Source: Eledone cirrhosa
Lineage: Eukaryota
NCBI GenBank assembly: GCA_964016885.1
Contig: OZ024740.1
Location: 36,332,001-36,396,000 of the forward strand
Reading direction: 5' to 3'
DNA: 64,000 nucleotides
A program made the position numbers and the translations under genes. A model generated the notes under the pieces. It saw only the letters and a list, made by a program, of their open reading frames with translations, did not search any database and was not told the origin of the DNA. How positions within the stretch are numbered: the stretch's first letter is position 1; the number at the start of each line of letters is the position of its first letter. This document shows, one piece after another, positions 61,465-64,000 of the stretch.

Positions 61465-62510
61465 TCTCCTTTTTTCTTTGTTTCTCTCTCCTTTTCCACC
61501 TGGCCTTTTGATTAATAAAAGTACTCGGGCGCACCCGAACTGCACCGATGTCCTGTAATTCAGCACCGAAACATCGGTTCGGGATACATTTACAGCTGAC
61601 GATGGAAACTCCTTTCTTCCTTTCTCCTCCTGTTCCGTCCTAACCACCATCCTAAACCTTGATTTTAGTAGCCACACAGCTCCTTTCGTTTCATATTTTT
61701 TTTGTATTTACCGCTGTGACCCTACCTGCTTTGGTCGATCTGTGTACCCTCCACACTTTCGCATCGACCCTCCCTTCTCTCTTCCCTTCTCCTCCTCACT
61801 CTCGTTTTTTTTCTGTCTCCCTCTCTCTCACACTATCCATCCGTTCGGTTTTGATTGTTGACATGTTTACACGTGCCGTGGTGGCCTCTCTGTCCGCAAT
61901 CTTTGCGGCACGTTTTTACCACCGTCGTAAAAAAACCCTTCTGAATTAATTCCCTTTCTCTTCTCCTCCTCACTTTTGGTTGCCCGTGACTCTCTCTCAC
62001 TTTCTCCTGTCTATGGGAGAGGCAGCACGATTATACCAGCTCTGAGTCGTAGCTGACCATCAGGCTAAAGTCTCCCAGGCTGGCCCCAACATACTTTCCC
62101 TATTTTTCCGCGGTTACTTTTTTGCATGTTTCTTTCACCTGTGTCTTCCCGTCGATGGGATCTGTACACTTTTCTTCTTCTATTCCTTTCCTATTTTTCC
62201 CCTTCTTCCTCTTTCCTCATCTCCCTCCCCCCTGTTCTTCCCCCTTTCCCTCTCTTTCTTTTTCTCTCTCCTTTTTTTTCTCTCTTTCTCTCTCCTTTTC
62301 CACCTGGCCTTCTGATTAATAAAAGGTCTCGGGAGCACCCGAACTGCACCGATGTCCTCTAATTCAGCGCCGAAACATCGGCTCGGGATACATTTACAGC
62401 TGACGATGGAAACTCCTTTCTTCCTTTCTCCTCCTGTTCCGTCCTAACCACCATCCTAAACCTTGTTTTTAGTAACCACACAGCTCCTTTCGTTTCATAA
62501 CTTTTTGTAT
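61465..62510 (+). mobile_element. Non-coding pyrimidine-rich element with direct terminal repeats of about 220 bp (804-bp period), each carrying a rearranged hammerhead
   Basis: About 61485-61708 matches about 62290-62510. No credible ORF. Flanked by (TA)n. Confidence 0.8.
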
Positions 62511-62889
62511 ATATATCTATATCTATATATATTTATTTATATCTATATCTATATTTATATCTGTTTTTTTTAACCGTTGGTCAATCAATGATAAACATTG
62601 ATTGCCAGATAAATTAACAATGGAGATATAAAAGACATAGAAGCGAAATCCAACCAAAACCAAACAGTGAGGGTGTTCTATCATTATTTCTGGCAATATT
62701 ATAGCAATATGACCCTCCCCAATTATAACATATATATATAGTAATAATAATAAATATGAAGACTAAAATCCGAAGAGGGTTCGATAAGGATTATATATAT
62801 ATAAATATATATAAAAACCGCAGACCAAATATTTATTAAAATAAAAGATTAAAGTATTGTCCGTACTATCCGTTAAGGTATAATGTGGG

Positions 62890-63430
62890 GCTGTAATACA
62901 GGAAGGTTTTATGCAATTTGCGTTTACAAGCCTCAGATTTTTTGTTTAAGATTTCATCATTGGCGTAGAATATTTCCAGGGCTTCAGCGGCGCAAAGATC
63001 GCATGGTCTTTTGTTTCCTTTATACGATTTAGCTTTAGCTAGGATCTCCCGGTGTAACTTATATCGGGTGTGGTTGTCTTTTAGACTCCAGATATAGGCC
63101 GAAAGTGATGTGAGTTCCTTCTTAAAGGGTTAAGAAAAGAATAGATGTGCATCGAAAGACGCTGCTTGAATCTATTGGCGGTTAACCCTATTTAGGCCCT
63201 TCTAGACATGGATGTGTCGACCTTACATTTGTAGACAATACAACTTCCCAAGGTCGACACATACATGTGCTTCTTCTCGTGTTCCCTCCTTTTTTTGTAT
63301 GTTCTCTGAGTTACTTTTACTTTTTTTCCCATCTGTTTAATATTTTTCGTTGTCCTTTTTTCCTTCCCCGATAACTTTCACAAGTTATTGACGCACTGAA
63401 GTTAGACATATTGTCTTTAATGCAGACAAC
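62890..63430 (-). mobile_element. Decayed Penelope-like GIY-YIG fragment
   Basis: IVYKCKV..IGLTANRFKQR, TSLSAYIWSLK and CDLCAAE across frameshifts. Same subtype as 12997-13780. Confidence 0.8.
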
Positions 63431-63466
63431 TGAAGAAGGGACTGGCTCCCATTTGTGCTTTCCTTT

Positions 63467-63505
<39 letters not shown>

Positions 63506-63950
63506 ATATATATATATATATATATATACAAATAAATTATCGAGAATCGGAACCTCGGCCCACGAAATAACGAAACACAATCTTCGAAATGTGTGGCAAA
63601 GTACTCAATAGTTTGGATAAACCAGAGCTATAACTAACGTTTAAATACCAACACACTGAGACGATGCTTAAACAATCATTCGCACAGCCGAAAACACGAC
63701 CAAGAAAATTCGGCTCAGACAAATAAAAATATATATGAATGAAGAATTTACCCGGACCCCCTGGAAAGATGGTAAATTCCAGCATTTGGGTTTCTGTGGC
63801 TCCTAAATCAGTTACCGTCAGCTTACATGAAAAATATGCGGCTTCTGGTAAGATGATGAACAAGGAAACCACTTTTTCAACGGGCGTTTAGTTCAATAAT
63901 ACAAGAGAACCCGTTACTAAATCCACGTGGGGTCTAGCAAGGGAGGGAAC

Positions 63951-64000
<50 letters not shown>

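Overview
Repeat-saturated eukaryotic intergenic or intronic DNA. The very dense (TA)n/(CA)n tracts and the tRNA-derived SINE families suggest a cephalopod (octopus-like) genome, which is an inference. No intact host gene is evident, and most long ORFs in the track are microsatellite artefacts. The window is a nest of decayed mobile elements: at least five Penelope-like elements (PLEs; RT and/or GIY-YIG) with many solo or inverted pseudo-LTRs, RTE, R4-like, CRE-like and other LINE fragments, a deleted mariner, a non-autonomous Helitron, SINEs, and unclassified fold-back elements. The most notable signal is at the RNA level. More than 20 hammerhead-ribozyme (HHR) motifs can be read by eye. Two unrelated repeat families (6 + 2 copies) carry the three HHR strands in a non-circularly-permuted, pseudoknotted order, and the six-copy family shows compensatory base changes. 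A seven-copy family carries a CAGAAGA core variant. All structures were paired by eye and none was computed. Element boundaries are approximate unless terminal motifs are quoted.
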